A stretch of 11,870 nt of DNA. It comes from Calditrichia bacterium. GTDB lineage: Bacteria > Calditrichota > Calditrichia > RBG-13-44-9. Below, one piece after another: positions 8,224-11,870 of the stretch. A program made the position numbers and the translations under genes. Every line of letters begins with the position of its first letter. Position 1 is the stretch's first letter. The stretch is from NCBI GenBank assembly GCA_037381445.1, contig JARRQT010000155.1:1-11870 (forward strand), read 5' to 3'. A model generated the notes under the pieces. It saw only the letters and a list, made by a program, of their open reading frames with translations, was not told the DNA's origin and did not search any database.

Positions 8224-10895
8224 TTAAAAATCAATACCTAAACCAACTTTCACCAGTCTTGGAGCGGAATACATGGATGGATTTTTGATCCGATCATAAT
8301 AATCGTTGAAATTGCTGCGGTGACCGGCAAGATCTTCCGGCCGCACAATGGCAGTATATGCCCGGCCGGTCTGCCCGTTGACCCATTCTTCACCCAGCGC
8401 ATCCAGCAAGTTATAGACAGATAGCGTTAATCTCATATTCATGTCATGCTCCAACGGCAGATTTATATACCCGTTGAAATCGACGCTGAAACGGCTGGGC
8501 CTGAATGCATTGTTCGGATACAGATTTACATCCGCCAGCCGGTTTTCCGCGATGGGAGTCCAGGAGTATGGCGCACCCGAATTATAGTATGCGGTGAGTG
8601 TGCCATTGGGATCAGTTTATTTATGGGGTCCATCTGGTCGCCCTCGCGGGTGAATGATGTATTAGGCTCGTCTGCGTTGCCCCTGGTATATTGCAGCGTG
8701 TAATTCACGTAGGCAGATACTGATCCGGAAACGAAATCATATTTTATTTCCAGTCCTTTGGCATTGGCATAATCTTTATTTGTGTACAAACCGTATTCGA
8801 TCTGATTAAAAGTGCTGATGGTTTTTACACTCAACAGGTCGTAGATATCTCGATAGAACAGCGAGACCTCAAGGCCCATGCCTGTCATGAGTTGCTGCCA
8901 GAGACCTACCTCGTACTGAACAGTTTTCTGCGCCTTTAATTGTACATTTCCCATGGTCGTTTCATAATCGTTATTCGAGACGTGAAATGAGTGGTTTTCA
9001 TACATCGCAGACAGCGGGGGCATCTGGAAAAAATGCCCGTAACTGAAATGCAGTACCGCTTCTCTTCCCAATTGATAGGAAAGGCCAAGCCGCGGACTTA
9101 TCTGGTACTGTGGATCCGCCTGGGGATAGGTTGACATCTTCTCCGGATTATCGGGAAAGCTCAATTGATTTGACGGATTACGCCGCTGGGAGGGGTAACG
9201 CGCTTGGGGATTGAAATAATCAAAGCGCACCCCGCCATTAATCACCATCTCTTTAAATTCCATCTTGTCCTGCACGTAGGCGGAAAACTCCTGCGGTTGT
9301 ACCCTGTAAATATCTGAATGCTCGGAGGAATCCGGATAAACCACGGGATCATAATACAGAAAATTTATCTTCCCGGTCAGGGAATCAATACCCATTGCCA
9401 GTTCCTGATCAGTTCCCCAGTACCTGTTGCGAATCTCCGAATACCTGTTATCCAGATCGTGTTGGGTAAACAAGATACCGGTCTTCAGGCTATGGCGCTT
9501 GTTTACCTGCCACAACAGGTCATACTTGATATTATAATCCTTGAGCGTACGACGGCTGTGCCCCTTTTCCTGTCCGCCGGTGTAAAAACCGGTCACGTCA
9601 TCACTTCGCAGATAGCCATCATGAACATAGCGGGGATCCAGCGGATTTTCATAAACATACCAGCCGTTATAATCATTTAAATAGGACAGCTTTAATTCGT
9701 AGAAAGCGCTTTTTGAAAGAGAGTGATTTAACTGGAACATATACATATCAGAGGTGCGGTGCGTCCGTGCCATGCCGTCAGGATTGTATTTATAGGCATG
9801 ATCATACCCTCCCCAGTCATCCTTATTTCTGGTATACAACAACGACATTTTCATAGCCGATATAAGATTAAAAGCAATTTTTCCCATAAATGAGAGGTTC
9901 TTATTGCTGTTCATCGGCACATATGCCCTGTCACCGCTGGGCTGCGATATCCATTGGAATGGTTCGGTACTGGAAAAGTCGCTGTAATCATTCACCTGGA
10001 AAAGCCTTATCCCATTAAGGTGGTTTTTGTTGTTCTGATAGCGCACGTTCCCCAGAAAAGTAATCTTATCTCTCCACACAGGACCGCTCAACTGAAATTT
10101 ATAATCCTGGTTGCGATCAATCTCCCTGTTTTTCAAACCGGGAAATATATCGTTGTGGGAAGTGATAAAATTGCCTCCGTATACCGTCAATGATCCTTCA
10201 AACTGTGGTCCTCCATCCTTGGTCACCGCATTTACCACGCCGCTCATGGCCCGGCCGTATTCCGCGTTGAAGGTTCCGGTAATCACTTCCAGATCTTTCA
10301 CAACCTCCGGTTCCAGGTCAACGGCCCTTCCTTCATTGTTGAAAGCTTCCGTAACCTGCAGACCATCCACCATATACGCCACTTCGTTTAGTCGTCCGCC
10401 CCGGAAATGGCCGTCCACCACACCAGCCTGCATGGTAACCACGGCATTGACGTCCTCCACCGGAAGGATATCTATCTGGTTTGAGGAAATATTTCTGACC
10501 GAACTGGTCTGATCCTTTTTCAACTCTATGCCCTGTGCCTCAACAATCACTTCTTCCCCTTCCAGGGTTGAAGGATTCATTTTTATTTCGACAGTTGAGG
10601 TGCGGTTGACCGAGACAGATAAGTTCTGCAATTTTACATTTTCGTAACCGATCATGTAAATTCCCAGGGTATAATTTCCCGGAGGTACATTAATAATATA
10701 AAATGTACCGTCCGCATCGGTGGCGGCGCCGAGCGTGGTGCCTTCCACAACCACGTTCGCCCCGATCAGGGGTTCCATGGTTTGCGCATCCTTGACCTGC
10801 CCGGCAATTTTTCCGGTGGTCTGAGCATGAACACCGCCTGCTGCCCAGAGTGCAGTCAGGACCAGAACCAGAATTGTTTTTATAGATTTTTCCAT
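8224..10895 (-). CDS. TonB-dependent receptor with N-terminal carboxypeptidase-regulatory-like domain; frameshifted near 8604 (apparent pseudogene or sequence artefact)
   Basis: Signal peptide (VHA|QTTGKIAGQVKD). CarboxypepD_reg-like EPLIGANVVVEGTTLGAATDADG. Plug motifs HFRGGR and VITGTFNAEYGRAMSGVVN. Barrel motifs SAYVQDKMEF, GVRFDYF, ISPRLGLSY, SYGHFFQMP and AKGLE. After KLIPM (8604) the TBDR-like sequence continues in the -1 frame as GTLTAYYNSGAPYSWTP...SVYNLLD...APRLVKVGLGIDF* (stop 8224-8226), ending in Phe. Confidence 0.92.
8600..8616 (-). other. Frameshift/deletion junction in the TBDR gene
   Basis: The upstream frame reads CTG ATC CCA ATG (8615-8604) and then non-TBDR-like sequence to a stop at 8526. 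The downstream frame opens only after TAA (8619-8617) and reads GGC ACA CTC ACC GCA TAC TAT AAT TCG GGT from 8604. Confidence 0.85.
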
Positions 10896-10940
10896 TTTGA
10901 TGATCTCAATATGCTTAATCTTTAGCCTGCTATTTTTATC

Positions 10941-10966
10941 TTTTCCGGTAACGGAGAATTATACCA
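10941..10966 (-). promoter_or_regulatory. Putative extended -10 promoter (TGGTATAAT) for the TBDR operon, with an adjacent imperfect 18-bp palindrome
   Basis: Minus strand TG-G-TATAAT at 10966-10958, about 60 nt upstream of the TBDR ATG and just downstream of the terminator. No consensus -35 at 17-bp spacing. Palindrome TTTTCCGGTAACGGAGAA at 10941-10958. Confidence 0.5.
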
Positions 10967-10992
10967 TTATTTGAGGAAAGACCCTATTTGTG

Positions 10993-11029
10993 AAAAAAGG
11001 AGGCGCCATGCTTTTTATATGGCACCTCC
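10993..11029 (-). terminator. Rho-independent terminator after the CBM9-like/CTD gene
   Basis: Minus strand GGAGGTGCCAT-ataaaaagc-ATGGCGCCTCC-TTTTTT: an 11-bp stem with one G-U pair, a 9-nt loop and a 6-U tract, starting 11 nt after the stop codon at 11041. Confidence 0.85.
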
Positions 11030-11040
11030 CGGAAATCATG

Positions 11041-11870
11041 CTATTTGAACAATATCATTTTCTTAATCTGGGTGAAATTTTGTGAAGATATCCTGTAAAA
11101 ATACATACCTGAAGCCAGATTGGAGCCGTCAAACTTGATTTGATAATCTCCCGGTTGCTGCACCTTATTAACCAATTCGGCGACTTTCTCACCCAGCAGG
11201 TTGTAGATATCAATCCTGACTTTTCCACTCTTTGCGATTGAGTAACTGATTGTGGTTGTGGGATTGAAAGGATTGGGATAATTCTGATTCAGCTTGAATT
11301 GCCGCACCACATTCACCGGCTTGTCCTTGATGCCAACGACCAGAGCAGTGTCACCGACCCAGGTATATCCCCAGTTCACCGGTGATTGATAGGAATTATC
11401 GTTATTGAAGTCGGAGAAGGAAAGTCATGGAAAATAATGTCCATCGGAATTCTCATACCGTTAACGGCATTAAAACGAACATCATCACCAAATTTCACGG
11501 AATCGAGCGGGATTTTAGCTTCGACAACATAATCGGAAGCGCCATAATCCAGAAATCTGTAATTTTCAGTTTCATTCTGATAAAGCTGATATCCTCCCTG
11601 ACGGAATTCATGGATGAAAGCGTTAGAGAGAAACTCGAATTTGTAATCCGGTTCCTCTCCGCGCTCAAAGGAACTGTGCTTCGCAATTGAGTGATATAGT
11701 CCCAAATATACCTCTACCACATCGTCCTGCCACCAGTCACCTTCAGGATCATAGCTGTAGACATCATCGAAGACATCAAAGGCAAAATAAATATTATCAG
11801 CATCAACTGCAATAAAAGCATTGGCAGAAAGGTCATTGTCATCATCAAAAAGACCTATTGCCCAGTGGCT
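11041..11870 (-). CDS. 3' part of a T9SS cargo protein: CBM9-like sugar-binding domain plus type A CTD; 5'-truncated by the window and frameshifted near 11424
   Basis: The frame is open from 11870: SHWAIGLFDDDNDLSANAFIAVDADNIYFAFDVFDDVYSYDPEGDWWQDDVVEVYLG...YVVEAKIPL...RIPMDIIFHD, which fits the CBM9-like pattern (DLSA, YFAFDV.DD, W..D.VE, Y.VE.KIP). It continues in the -1 frame as LSFSDFNNDNSYQSPVNWGYTWVGD...FKLNQNYPNPFNPTTTISYSI...IYNLLGEKV...LASGMYFYRI...KKMILFK*. This joins ORF-track entries 11376..11720 and 11041..11379. Confidence 0.85.
11418..11427 (-). other. Frameshift/deletion junction in the CBM9-like/CTD gene
   Basis: The upstream frame reads TTC CAT GAC (11432-11424). The downstream frame has TGA at 11427-11425 and then CTT TCC TTC TCC GAC from 11424, so the switch can only lie at or after 11424. 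Confidence 0.8.

Noticed and set aside
8224..8454. Stand-alone 76-aa gene
   Set aside because: It is the C-terminal barrel end of the TBDR. The frame is open upstream to 8616 and encodes TBDR-like sequence before the TTG called as a start.
8526..8619. Programmed -1 ribosomal frameshift in the TBDR, and likewise at 11424
   Set aside because: There is no X XXY YYZ slippery heptamer at either junction, and a frameshift would not restore the residues that appear to be missing.
2229..10512. Numerous 60-170 aa plus-strand and off-frame minus-strand ORFs inside the large genes
   Set aside because: They are nested in or overlap well-supported CDSs and show the typical antisense-shadow composition, with no independent support.
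11041..11379. Stand-alone CTD-only gene starting at GTG 11379
   Set aside because: It has no signal peptide, and the frame extends upstream to 11424 with sequence that completes the CBM9-like domain.

Overview
The window holds six co-directional minus-strand genes from a bacterium with a type IX secretion system (T9SS), probably a non-Bacteroidia FCB-group lineage such as Calditrichota, KSB1 or Ignavibacteria (inferred). In transcription order they are: (1) the 3' part of a CBM9-like sugar-binding protein with a type A T9SS C-terminal domain (CTD), followed by an intrinsic terminator and a putative extended -10 promoter; (2) a TonB-dependent receptor (TBDR); (3) a ~1160-aa secreted acidic FN3-like protein with an atypical CTD; (4) a PorV/PorQ-family beta-barrel; (5) a SurA/PrsA-like lipoprotein with a degenerate parvulin region; (6) a GH9 glucanase with Ig-like and CTD domains, which the ORF track misses because it runs off the left edge. 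The locus looks like a SusD-less polysaccharide utilisation locus with its own PorV paralog and chaperone. Genes 1 and 2 each have a frameshift (at ~11424 and ~8604). Both are net -1 shifts where conserved residues appear to be missing, suggesting short deletions that could be real or artefacts of assembly or processing. I saw no RNA genes, mobile elements or CRISPR arrays. Family assignments come from motif recognition only; no database search was run.
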